Assembly (NCBI GenBank): GCA_051294375.1 | Contig: CM119271.1 | Coordinates: forward strand, 7,864,162-7,928,161 | Length of the DNA: 64,000 nucleotides | Source of the DNA: Paraspadella gotoi | Taxonomy: Eukaryota; Animalia; Chaetognatha | Direction of reading: 5' to 3' | Part shown: piece by piece, positions 38,919 through 51,385 of the stretch | How the letters are laid out: each line of letters opens with the position of its first letter | Numbering within the stretch: the stretch's first letter is position 1 | Notes under the pieces: generated by a model | Seen by the model: only the letters and a program-made list of their open reading frames with translations | Told to the model about the DNA's origin: nothing | Database searches by the model: none | Position numbers and translations under genes: made by a program

Positions 38919-39209
38919 AAACAAGAGCGGTCCATCCAATGTGTTACGCCGCAGTGACTTTATTAGCCTGTGTATTTATGACACGCGCTGCGTCGGAATA
39001 TTTTTTTTAGTTTTAAGATTTCCTGAAGGCGGCGCAAGCAGTCATTTAGATTTGAGGTTTTGAACTGTCTTAACAAATGAGCAACTAATGATAGGGGTGT
39101 TATGAGCGTTTTTGATGTAAGTGGGACAGACCGACGGAGAGACATACCGACCGACCGACCGAAAAGTAACTTAGAGTTGCTCCGTGGGTACTCGCGGCGC
39201 AACTAAAAA
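38919..39209 (-). mobile_element. DINE-1/HINE-like (Helentron-associated) non-autonomous element
   Basis: On the minus strand: T-run, terminal hairpin AGTTGC...GCAACT (39175-39204), (GGTC)n microsatellite, and a CTCTTGTTT end. This is the DINE-1-type layout. Confidence 0.6.
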
Positions 39210-39672
39210 TGGCGGAGGGATAACGTAAGTTGTGAAAGGGTGAATAACCAAAGGCGTATTTTGGTGAAGTGTGAAGTTTTCACTGGTGAGTTAACGTTGG
39301 TTCGGAGTTTCTGAGACTTGACTGGTGGAAAATATATCGCGCATGAGTAGAACGACCCTAATACAACATTCGGGAATATTATGCAGTCAGTCGATTATGC
39401 AGTCAATCCATTATACAGTCGATCGTTACCATCGCACCCAGGAGAAAAAGGCGGGAAAAACTCTTTTGGTTCAAACTGGGAGTTCGTTTTAAATGTTTTA
39501 AAATCCCTGTAAAAATTAAATTCATTCGAGAAAAAGAAGTGAAGCTTTCGGACTGGGAGGAAGAGAGATTTAGAATTCAAAAAGCGCAGGAAGGATGATG
39601 AAGAGGAGAAGAGAGAGAGAGAGAGTAGAAGAGAGAGAGAGAGAGAGAGAGAGAAAGTAGAGATGAAGAGAG

Positions 39673-39711
<39 letters not shown>

Positions 39712-41939
39712 GAGAGAGAGATAAAGAAAAGAAAATTAAAATGCGAAAGATAAGAGAAGTGTTAAGATTCACGGCAGATAGGGACCGTGAATAATAACGC
39801 GCTTAGTTAGAGGAGACCGTTGGAGAGGAACTCGAAGAGAGCGAGAGAGAGAGAGAGCAGAGAGAGAGAGAAGAGAAGAGAGAGGAGAGAGAGAGAGAGA
39901 GAGATTAAGCATCGTGGAAAAATGGTAAAATTTCGCCCTCTCCTTTCCTCCTCTTCCATCCTTCCCGCTCCTCCTTAATTAGCAGGGGCCTTGAGTTTCT
40001 TCTCCGAAGATTTCCGCCGCGCGTAAGCCAGAAAAGAAAAACCCAGGCCCTAATAGATCTGCGGCGTGCGTCGGCAAAATGCGTCGGCGTTGCGGTGCGG
40101 GCAAAAGCGGATCGGGCTGCGAATTTTGACGCGTTCAGTAAGATGGGGCATGCGTTGCCGCGTTTGGTGCATCTCTGCTGTATGGCAGCAAGAGTGTGAC
40201 GTACGCTGTCGGGGGTTGTTGCGCACCGTCGGCATTGGCGGTCGCGGCGTGGCGAACGTGTGTTGGCAGGGGGCTGAGCGTCGTCATTGGCATGTTCCGG
40301 TTGGCCGAAATGGTCAGCTGGGTGTGTTTGAACTAAAAAAACGATTCTTTCTTTCCTCGAGGCGGAAAAACATTTCGCACGAAAGTAAAATTTTCTCTCA
40401 CCTCTTTTCTTGTTCTCATCTCTCTCTCTCTCATCTTGACTCCGTTTGTATTGTCTGTTCTCTAGATCTTTTCTCTTCTCTCTCTCCTCTCTCTCTCTCC
40501 TCTCTCTTCTCATCGTCCCCTTCTCTCTCTCCTCTCTCTCTCTCCCCACGGCAAGCCTCTCGGTGAGCTAGGGGTTTGCAAAAAAAAAAAAAAAACACAG
40601 GAGTTTTGAATGAAAATCCCGTACGGGCCGGCATTCGGCGTAAACGGAAGGGTCCGTTTTCTCCTCTGACGCGCGCTTCTTCTGGCGCTTGAACTCTGCG
40701 CGAGTGCTGGGTGTCCGGCTCGTCGGAACTCCGAAAAAGAAACACCGGGGTACGCGCATTTGGAGCGGAATCCAGTCGCGGAGGCTCGGAAAGAGTATAA
40801 GCCGGAGGCGAGAGAGGCGGCGGGGGGCTTTCGGGGGCTGCGGCCGTGCTGCGGCTAGCGCGGTGCGCCGGAACGAGACACGGGATTCATAGGCACCAAC
40901 GGATAATGGAACAATTGAAGGACAACAAGCGTCCGATGGAAGAACTAGAAATCTCGAGGGAATGAGGCAGGGAGGAGGAGGGGAGGAGGTAAGTGGGTGA
41001 GGAGGAAGAGGAAGCAGGAAAATAAGAGGCATTATATTGATAAGGAGGAAAAAAGAGAGGGAAGATAAAACAGATTTGGAGTAGGTCGTCTTTTCGTAGG
41101 CGGAAGGAAGAGAGAGAGAGGCGAGAGAGAAGAGAAGAGAGAGAGATGAGAGAGAGCAGAGAGAGAGAGAGAGAGAAAGAGAAAGAGAGAGAAGAAGAGA
41201 GAGAGAATAGCGAGAAGAGACGAGAGGAGAGGGGAGAGAGCGAGCAGAGTAAGAGAGAGCAAGAGTAAAAAAAAAACATGAAACTGACGTCCGATTCGCT
41301 CGCATCGTTCGGATGAGTGGAGACGAACGCGTGCGAAACGACGCCGCACGCAGATACACACGCAGTTCGTGCGCGTCGCACGAAATGAACCGCGACTTCC
41401 GGTGTCCTCGAGAATAAATCATTCGAGGTCGTGAGGATATAAATTATACACGAAGTTTCTGGAGATAAGCCGTGTACCGCGGCGTGAATTAAAGATAAGT
41501 GGCTGTTTTAAAAAATTGATAAGTAATTTTGCAACTTTCATATGAAACATTTTCGTTTAAAAATGTTCTTCGTGGGATGTATGCCAGGGGTGTTTGATAA
41601 TTTAAAAAGAATTATCATTATCTTATTGCGATTTTATTTTATTATTACAGAGAATGGCGGCAATTGAATCGTTGCGACAAAAATATAATTTTACCGTGAT
41701 ATTGATAAAAATTGCGTTGTTATGCCATACTAGGCCTATTTCGTTGTACCAATCGGGCTACTATGCTATCCTATAATTCACTAGTCCTCAATCATCAAAA
41801 ACCATTAAGTTTCTTTTAAAAAAATTATGGAGTTTTTGACTCTCGATTTCTGAGAAAAGCGGAAAAATGAAAATAATGGGATAGTTAAGGTTGAGATCGT
41901 TGAGTCTTAATTTGATCGTCGACCGAGGGAGCGATTTTC

Positions 41940-41983
<44 letters not shown>

Positions 41984-42773
41984 GAGAGAAGACGAGAGAG
42001 GAGAGAAAGAGAGATGAGTATGAGAGAGACGTAAGGAGAGCTTTGTTCTGCGACATGGCAGCAGCCCCAATTTCCATCCACTTCTCCCGCGGTCCTGCCG
42101 CTACGTTAAGACTGGAGAAGCGCACGGAATTTACTTGTCAGTTAAAACGGAAACTGCCTAGTGAGAGAGAGTAGAGAGAGAAGAGAGATGAGAGCAGAGA
42201 GAGAGAGAGAGAGAGATGAGAGAGAGAGAGAGTATAAGAGAGAGAGTAGAGAGAGATGAGGTAGAAGAATGAGTAACCCAGATTACTACACTTGACGGAT
42301 GCTCCTCTTCCGTCGGGCGGAATATTATAAGTCATCAAAACTCTTCGTGTCATTGTCGTTTACAGCTCTCCTATATAACGACCAGAGACACAGGTATGCC
42401 AAGCTTGAGAGATATACAACGGTTTAGAGAGCAGAATATGAATTAGTTTAGAGAAAGAGAAAGAGATATATCAGGAGATGAATCGACGAAGGTCGTGAGA
42501 GAAAAGAGAAGAAGATGAGATGGCATATGAAGAACAAAAACATAAATGAATAAACAATTATCGCGGAGAAGAAATAAGGACTATATCCATCTCCAATAAG
42601 GAGTTGCTCTTCGTGGGCCCTGGACAGAGAATTTGGAAATGATATATGACATCGAGAATTAATGTTGACAGAAATGAATGAAGGAGAAAGTTGGAGAGGA
42701 CATAGAAATGTGTCGCAGAATCAAAAAAAAAAGATGAGATAAGAGGGGATGGACCATGAAGGAGAGAGAGAGC

Positions 42774-42806
<33 letters not shown>

Positions 42807-43117
42807 CAGAAGAAGAGAGACGAGAGAAGAGAGAGATTGACTGAATAAATAGACGAAGAGCGCCGACGAAGAACGCCATTAATTGCTAATGACGTTAGAG
42901 GTTATCCAATAAGAATAAATTTATCCATATGGCATCTGATTTGCTCCGAAGGCCGCTTCTCTATTACGCTCTCCAGGATGGCAAAAGATTATTGGGGTAT
43001 AGTACAGTAGAGTTCGGGTGTGTCTTGAAATTTTCTTGAGAAGCTAATGTAATACTTGGCTTTGTAACTGAGAAAAGACGTGAGATAATTATTTGTGAAT
43101 GAAGACAAATCTCTCTC

Positions 43118-43175
<58 letters not shown>

Positions 43176-43439
43176 TTGGAATAACTGATACGTTGATGAT
43201 CAGCCCCTGAGTATTGGTATGAGTTTAGGACGGAGTAAGACCGCACTGCCCCGTACGCCTCAACGTGTGAGTACATACAGTCACTCGTGCGCGCAAAATA
43301 TCTACGTCTTTTTGTTTACAAAGGTTTATATCAACATTAATCTACTCGTTCCTTTACTTTTCATCGTCCAGACATTTAAGTTAAATTTCGAAAAAAATAT
43401 TATATGATGTGACCGCTTCTGCCTCTCTTCATCTCTTTT

Positions 43440-44307
43440 TCTCGCTTCTGAAGTGGTCATCGACCGCTTCTGCCTTCGCTGAATTTCGGTTTTTCTCTAA
43501 GAAATTATTTTTTTCCCCTTTTTATTAGGTATGATTTGGATTGCGTGCAGGTTCTTTGCTTTTTGTACGTTTCTGTCATTACCCTCGACCGTTTCCGTCG
43601 TCAACCATGTCCGCTTCTCCTCTCTCCACTCGACCGCTTCTGCCTTAAATCTCGTCCGCTTCTGCCCCTCCGCTCGACCGCTTCTGTTATTTTCGCACAC
43701 GTTCTCTCTCAGCTTGTGATAAAAAACGCTTTGGGTTTTGATGGGGGAAAAAAAAATCTGAGATGAAAAGATCGAAACGATGGGGATTACGGAGGGGGGA
43801 AGGAAGGGAGAGAGACAGAGAGAGAGGGAGGGAAGAGGGAGAGAGGGAGAGAGACAGAGACAGAGAGATGATCGTGTCTGAGGAGTGAAAAGCTAAACAT
43901 CTATGTAGTATACTCCAGCTTTAAAATAAATAATCTTTTAATAACAAAAAGTCTCAAATCAAATCATAATCTCACGGGATTTTTACCGCGAAAACATCAC
44001 ACCAAATTCCAATCAAATCACCACTACCTGTTTGTTCATCAAAAAAAAAAAAAAACCCCAAATTAAAAATCGTTTTTCTCCGCGAAAAAAAAATAATAAG
44101 ATTTCCCTCGCATCTGTGCCACTCGAGTCGCCAGACCGAAAAACTATGGGCGTGAAGGCGGTGGGCGAAGTTGTGGTGTAGACGGGGAGGTTGTGGATCC
44201 GGAAGAGTCTGTGTCGGACACAGTGGGCGTGTCTCGCGTTGCGATTCGGGTCGGTGGCGGTGGTGATTTGGCAGGGGGGACGAATGCAATCTTGGAGAGA
44301 GAAGAAG

Positions 44308-44366
<59 letters not shown>

Positions 44367-44559
44367 GGCAAAAAAATCAAGATGACGAGAAAGGCGAGAG
44401 ATGGAGTGGGGCTCTTTTTCGACGTTGTTGTTGTCGTCGTCGTCGTCGTCTGCGTCGTCGTCCTCTCTCTTTTTCCTCATAATTCCTCCATTCGTCATTC
44501 TAATTTCTTCTCTTCCTTCCTCATTTCCATTCTACTCTACTTATCTTAACTCTCCTCCT

Positions 44560-44591
<32 letters not shown>

Positions 44592-44647
44592 TCTCTTCTC
44601 TCTCTCTCTCTCATGTTCTTCTCCTCCTCTCCCTCTTCCTTCCTTCT

Positions 44648-44686
<39 letters not shown>

Positions 44687-45247
44687 CTTTCTCTCCCTCT
44701 CCATCTCTCTCTCTTCTCATTTGTTTTCTTTTTTTTCACTCCTGATCGATTAGTTTTTTTTTTTCCCGCCCCCTTCATCTGTCAAAATATCTCGTGTCAC
44801 TCCTCAAGACACGATCATCTCTCTGTCTCTGTCTCTCTCGCCTCTCTCCCCTCTTCCCTCCTCCTCTCTCTGTCTCTCTCCTTCCTTCCTCTCCGTAATC
44901 CCATCGTTTCGATCTTTTCACTCAGCAGATTTTTTTTTTCCCCCATCAAACCCAAAGCTTTTTTTATCACAAGCTGAGAGAGAACGTGTGCGAAAAATAA
45001 CAGAAGCGGTCGAGCGGAGGGCAAGCCGCGGGGACGAGATTTAGGGCAGAAGCGGTCGAGTGGAAGAGGAGAAGCGGACATGGTTGACGACGGAAACGGT
45101 CGAGGGTAATTGAACAGAAACGTACAAAAAGCAAAGAATGCACGCAATCCAAATACCAATAAAAAAAAAGGGAAAAAATAAATTTCTTGAGAAAAAACTG
45201 AAATTCAGCGAAGGCAGAAGAGCGGGTCGAATGACCACACTCAGAGG
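43440..45247. repeat. ~450-bp inverted repeat arms (43440-43888 / 44793-45247) flanking a ~900-bp segment that recurs at 46019-46910
   Basis: gagatgatcgtgtctgaggagtga vs tcactcctcaagacacgatcatctc; the arms carry repeated GACCGCTTCTGCC motifs. Confidence 0.85.
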
Positions 45248-45784
45248 NNNNNNNNNNNNNNNNNNNNNNNNNCAAAAACAAACTCTCTACACATTTTTCA
45301 TAGGGTTTTTATGCTTTATGAGTTTTATGATTAAAAACTATCGAATTTATTTCATTGACTTTTTACTTTATGTAATGTTTAATATAATAAAAGTTTGCCA
45401 CATGATTATCTCTGAAAAAAAAATCAACGAATTTTAAAAAAATAAAAAACAGTAAGCCATTTTTTGAATCGTGTTGAACAAATTCATCATCAGACCCGCG
45501 TCTTGTATATGTTGTGTGAATCTGCAAAGTAATGAGTAGAATTTTCAACTTTCTTGACGAGGTGAAGTTAAAAAACGAAGAGTTGCCAGCTCAACCACGG
45601 ACTCTTCTGGAAGAGAAAAAATATTTGGGCAAAGAAGGAAAGGGGGGGAGATTCTATGAGCGCGTTTTTTTGAAAAATGTTTTTCGTTTCAAAGATATCA
45701 GGATTTATCCCAAAAATTTACTAAATAATCAAATTTTCTATGGAGAAGGCAAATTTTGAAAGTATCTTTTCATAGAAGTGGAGT

Positions 45785-45881
45785 TTTGTGACCTAAAAGT
45801 AATCCATGCCAAATTTCATGAGAAACCGCCTTACCGTTTGGGCTGCAACTCTTCAAATAGGTTTCTTTTATTTATATAGTA
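45785..45881 (-). mobile_element. Possible non-autonomous Helitron-like 5' fragment
   Basis: Minus strand TACTATATAAATAAAAG...cagcccaaacggtaaggcggtttctcatgaaatttggcatg resembles the 5' ends of invertebrate non-autonomous Helitrons (recalled pattern only). Confidence 0.35.
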
Positions 45882-46429
45882 AAAAATCGAAAAAACGATA
45901 ACGCCTTTGAAAAATAGTAAAGTGAATACATTTTTGTAATCGTCAGGAGCTCTCCTTCGAAATCCGAGCTCGGTTTTAGCCTAATTATAATTTGAATTGA
46001 GTGATCCCGGACCTTAACAAAGCGTAAACATCTAGTGTTACTCCAGTTTTTAAATAAATAATCTTTTTAATAACAAAAAAGTCTCAAGTCAAATCAGTAA
46101 TCTCACGGGATTTTTACCCGGAAACACCTCACACCAATTCCTAATCAAATCACACACCTCGTTTTTCATAAAAAATGTAAAAAAAAAACCCCAAAATTAA
46201 AAATCTTTTTTCTCCGCGAAAAAAAAAAATAAGATTTTCCCTCGCATCTGTGCCACTCGAGTCGCCAGACCGAAAAACTATGGCGTGAAGGCGTGGGGCG
46301 AGTTGTGGTGTAGACGGGGAGGTTGTGGATCCGGAAGAGTCTGTGTCGGACACAGTGGGCGTGTCTCGCGTTGCGATTCGGGGTCGTGGGCGTGGTGATT
46401 TAGGCATGGGGGATGACAGAATGCAATCT

Positions 46430-46501
<72 letters not shown>

Positions 46502-46758
46502 AAGATGACGGCAAAAAAATCAGATGACGACGAGGAGGCGAGAGATGGAGTGGGGCTCTTTTTCGACGTTGTTGTTGTGTCGTCGTCGTCGTCGTCGTCG
46601 TCTCGCTCTCTCCTCTCCTTTTTTCCTCATAATTCTCCCATTCGTCATCTCTAATTTCTTCTCTTCCTTCCTCATTTCCATTTCTACTCTACTCTAGTCT
46701 TAACTTTCATCTCTCCTCTCTCTCTCTCTCTTCTCTCTCTCCTATCTCTCTCTTTCCT

Positions 46759-46806
<48 letters not shown>

Positions 46807-48029
46807 CTTTCTCTCCTCTCTCTCTCTCTCTCTCTCTCATTGTTTTCTTTTTTTTCACTCCTGATCGATTAGTTTTTTTTTTTCCCGCCCCCTTCATCTG
46901 TCAAATATCTTTCTGTTAAGCTGAATGACTCATCCCCTTAAAAGAATTCAAGGAAAATAACGAAAACTAATAAATTAGCACTTTTGGTTGAGTTCCTCAA
47001 TCTCATTTGCATTTTGTAGCAATTTGGAATTCGTTTATATCTTTTGGTTTGATGTTCTTAAAAGTTATGTTTTATTAGTCGAACTCTCGAAAAATAGAAG
47101 AACTCTTTACTTTAAGACTTATTTACGCGATATTGATTTACTCTTGACACTCTTTGATTAATTAATTTCTTTTAGATACTCAGACACTTAGTGGTTTTCG
47201 TCTTGAAATACGTAAAGATCTTGAAATATTTTTTATTATAAATTGGCTGCTCTAATCCTTTTCTCTAATCATTACGTCATTGTGTCATTATGTCTTTTTC
47301 TGTCATTTGATTTTAATTTAAAAAAAAAAAATTAACTCCAGTTATCAAAAAAAAAAAAAGGTTCTGTGACAATAATGTCATTGTGTCATCATTACATTAT
47401 TGTAACGCATCAAACAGTGAAAATAATTTGTCATTCCCTTGAAAACATCGCCTTTTTTGGTAAAAATTTAAAAAAACGTAAAAGTTATTACGTCACTCGG
47501 AACTGTATTACGTAAATAAAATTTTTTTTATATATTTAGTGAAGACGAAAGTCGACAGAGTTCCACAAAGTCGTCAACTTGTCCCGACGAACAATTCTGA
47601 GAAATCAGTCAACCCCGTTCCCAATTTTTGTCACTGCCGATTGATGCGGGCCGCGCCCATATTTGACAGCTGACATCTGCGAAGCTGGAGTGAACAAATT
47701 TGTTTGGGCATGCGTGGACGCATTTAAGCGTGGTCGCGCAGAGGATGTAGAAAAAAAGTTTAAAAATTTAGAAATGGAAAAAAAAGTTTAAAAATTTAGA
47801 AATGAAAAAAAAAGTTTAAAATAAAAAAAAGTTAAAGTTAAAGAAGGAAGGGACGCGCGCGCTTACTGTTTCTCGCTCGGGGCGACGTCATCGGTCGCGT
47901 TCTCAAACGTCTTTTTCGAAAAATAATCGCGACGTGACGGTTGAGAGTCTCAATCTCTCGTTTGAAGAATGTCTCGGGGCTCGTATTGGATTTGACACCG
48001 AGGGCGATCGCTCGGAGAGTTTGTTATGA

Positions 48030-48545
48030 GGGGGGAGGAGGAAGAGGGGGAGGAGGAGGAGGAACAGGGGGAGGAGGAAGAGGGGGAGGAAGGAGAAAGG
48101 GGGGGATATTGAGCGAGGAAGGGGCCAAGGGGTTAGGCCTCAGAATTATGAAGCAGTTTTTAAGACGAGGATTAGTAGAGATGGAGAAATAGGGATAGGA
48201 AAGAAGGATGAAAAGAAAAATGATAAGAGGAAGAAAAGAAAGGAGAAAAAAAAAGAAAGGAAAGGAGAAAGAAAGTAAAAGAGGAAGAAAGAAAGAGAGA
48301 AGAAAAGAAAGGGAGAAGAAAGAGAAAAGAGAAGGAAAAAAAATGAAGACAAAAAAGAAAGGAGAAAGAGAGGAAAAGAGGGAGAAATCAAAGGAGGAAG
48401 AAAAGAAAAGAAAGAGAAAAGAGAAGGAAAAGAAATGAAGACAAAAAAGAAAGGAGAAAGAAAGGAAAAGAGGGAGAAACCAAAGGAGGAAGAAAAGAAA
48501 AGAAAGAGAAAAGAAAGGGAGAAGCAAGGAAAGGGAAAAGAACGG
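48030..48545. repeat. ~500-bp almost pure purine tract with an internal ~93-bp direct duplication
   Basis: atgaagacaaaaaagaaaggagaaag occurs at ~48342 and ~48435. Confidence 0.85.
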
Positions 48546-49045
48546 GACGAATTTAATCCAGAGGGAGACGTAAAAAAAACACAAAAAAAGGGGACTGATA
48601 CAGCGAATACTGCAAATACTGCAAATACTGCGAATACACGAAGGATCAAGAGTGTCACATTCGGCGAATAAAAGGGCGAAACTAGAAACGCGAAGAGAAT
48701 TTTGGAAAAACTGAAAACGAGGCGAAAGTAAAAACAGAAGAACAGTGCAAAAAAAAAAACGATTAGAGTGACAAAGGGATGTTAATGATTTGAAATAGTA
48801 GGATAAAGAGTACAGAGTTCCCTTAGAAAAAAAAAGAACAAGAGCGATAAACCGGTGTCAGCGGTACTAGAAGAGAGGGCGACGGCTCTCGTGGGTCGAA
48901 AGGGGCCCGAGAGCCTGAGACCCCTCGTCGTCGTTGTCGTCGTCGTCGTCGTCGTCCTCTGACTCTTTCTCGTCACCAAGATGATGAGATACAAAAAAAT
49001 GATCTCCAAGGATCTTAGAATCCGTTTAAGGATAATCGCGTGATA

Positions 49046-49048
<3 letters not shown>

Positions 49049-49135
<87 letters not shown>
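49049..49135. repeat. (GA)n microsatellite (representative of dozens in the window)
   Basis: Perfect dinucleotide run. Confidence 0.95.
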
Positions 49136-49139
<4 letters not shown>

Positions 49140-49406
49140 GCGAGGAAACGCTTAAAGACTTTCTCTCCTCCTTTTTCCTCCTTAAAATCATCGAGCGAAA
49201 AGTCAGTAAACTTATCTCGGTCTCAAATTTGGTCGGGGGAAAAAGACAAGATTTTTTTCTTAAAAAAAAAAAGGATGGTAACTTAAAAGAAAAAAGGAAG
49301 ATATTTCCTTTTTTTTCTTTTAACAACCAACGTTTTTCGCTTCAGAAAAACCGCGATGTTTCCGCCTGAAAAGAGAGAAAAAGAGCGAAAAAAGTGGTCT
49401 TTGCAA

Positions 49407-49460
<54 letters not shown>

Positions 49461-50566
49461 GTCCTCGATGACTTTTTTAGTATTAGCGCTGCAGTCGACG
49501 ACTTATAGACAAAGTTCGTCTTTCAAATCGAACTCGTCATTGGCGAGATTCTGTCTTGCCCTCGATCCGCGTTGACTGGAAGATTTGTGTTTTTTAAAAA
49601 TTAGTTTGGCTTTGACCTTGACTTTGTAAAGTTGTTTACTTTCTTAATTAATTAATTAAAAAAAAACTTTATAAAAATTATCAAAAACTTAAACTTCAAT
49701 TTTCTTCTTTTAACAAAATTAAATGATTTTAAACATGCAAACAAGAAAGTAATACATAGTTCAATGCATAATGATTAATTATAATTAACCGTTCTGCGAA
49801 TTAAAGTGATAAAAAGCCGAAGCGGAGAATTAACAGATAGAACCACCCTGGGAGTATTTTTTTGATTTTAAGATTTAAACGTGAAAAAACTATAAAAACA
49901 TTTAGAACATAAGAATTTTATTTTCTTTAATTAATACCAAAACATTTTAACATTGAGAACATTATGAAAACGTTTTTTTTATATTATTAATAAATGTTAC
50001 TATAAAAACGTTATTTTTCTTTTTTTTTATTTCAAAAATAATAAAAACAGAGGTTACATAATGACGTAAAGTGACATAAAAGACAATGACCTTATGACTA
50101 AAATAACCCAAAATGATATAACGACATACAACGACATGACACAATGACGTAATGAATTAAGGACCAAACATGACTAAAATGATGTAAAAGAAAAGTGAGG
50201 AAAACGTTAATTTGGACTCCGCTGTCTATATTTCTAATTATTTCTCAGGATAGGAATTTCTTGGAATAAAATTTTCAATTTCAAGATTAGTTAATGTATC
50301 ATATCAAGGTCAGTCTGATTACCGACTGTAAATACGGTCACCTGAATCATCGTTAAACTGTTTAGATTACATTTCATGGACATACAATATTGGCATTAAC
50401 TCAACACCATAGCCATTAATTATGCCAAAGACTACAATATGCAAATAGGATTATTGCGCTTCGACTAAATCTTTCATCCGAATAATTAGAAGAAAATTGA
50501 AATCTTTGTCAGATTTTCAATCGGGAATCTTCCTTGTTGGCGAAGGACGGCTTTAATACCTACATC

Positions 50567-50625
<59 letters not shown>

Positions 50626-51339
50626 CATCATCATAATAATCATTTTCTTTTAAGTCATCAATGGTTTTAAAAGGCTTTCTTTAAGACCCAGTGCCCGCCG
50701 CCACTCCGCCCGCGCCCGCCGCCGGCCGCCGCCGCCGCCGCCGCCCACCCGCCCGCGCCCGCCGCGCCGCCGCCGCGACGTCGCGGGGGTTAAGCGATAT
50801 GGACGTTTCTCGAGGTCAGTCCTGATTGATGGCGCTGCGATCGCCGCCGGTGGCGAAGCCACAAGAGTGAGATGGGGCGCCGCCTTTTGCACAACAACGA
50901 ATACGCGGGAGATGAAGATAAGAAGAAAAAAAAAAAAGACGAGAGAGAGAGAAAAGAACAAAGATAATAAAACAGAAGATGCAACAGAGTGACAACGATC
51001 AAGCTCCAAAAAAAACGAAGACAAGTCATATATAGCACTCTATACATCTACTTTAGAATCTTCATCAACCGGCTGTGTCTGTTTTTTCTAGTTTTTGCTT
51101 TGATTGTTTATTTCGTTCTTACTTATATTAATAAATTATACTTATTAAACAATAATCTTCATTATCGTCATAATTCTTATGATCTTAAGGTTCAATTCTT
51201 ATCTCAAAATAATTAGGAAAAATCATTAAGAACATTATTCTGATTAAGGATCATCATATGTCATCATGACATCATCATACATCATCATACATATTATCAT
51301 ATCATCATCTATCATCATCATCATCATCACATCATCATC

Positions 51340-51385
<46 letters not shown>

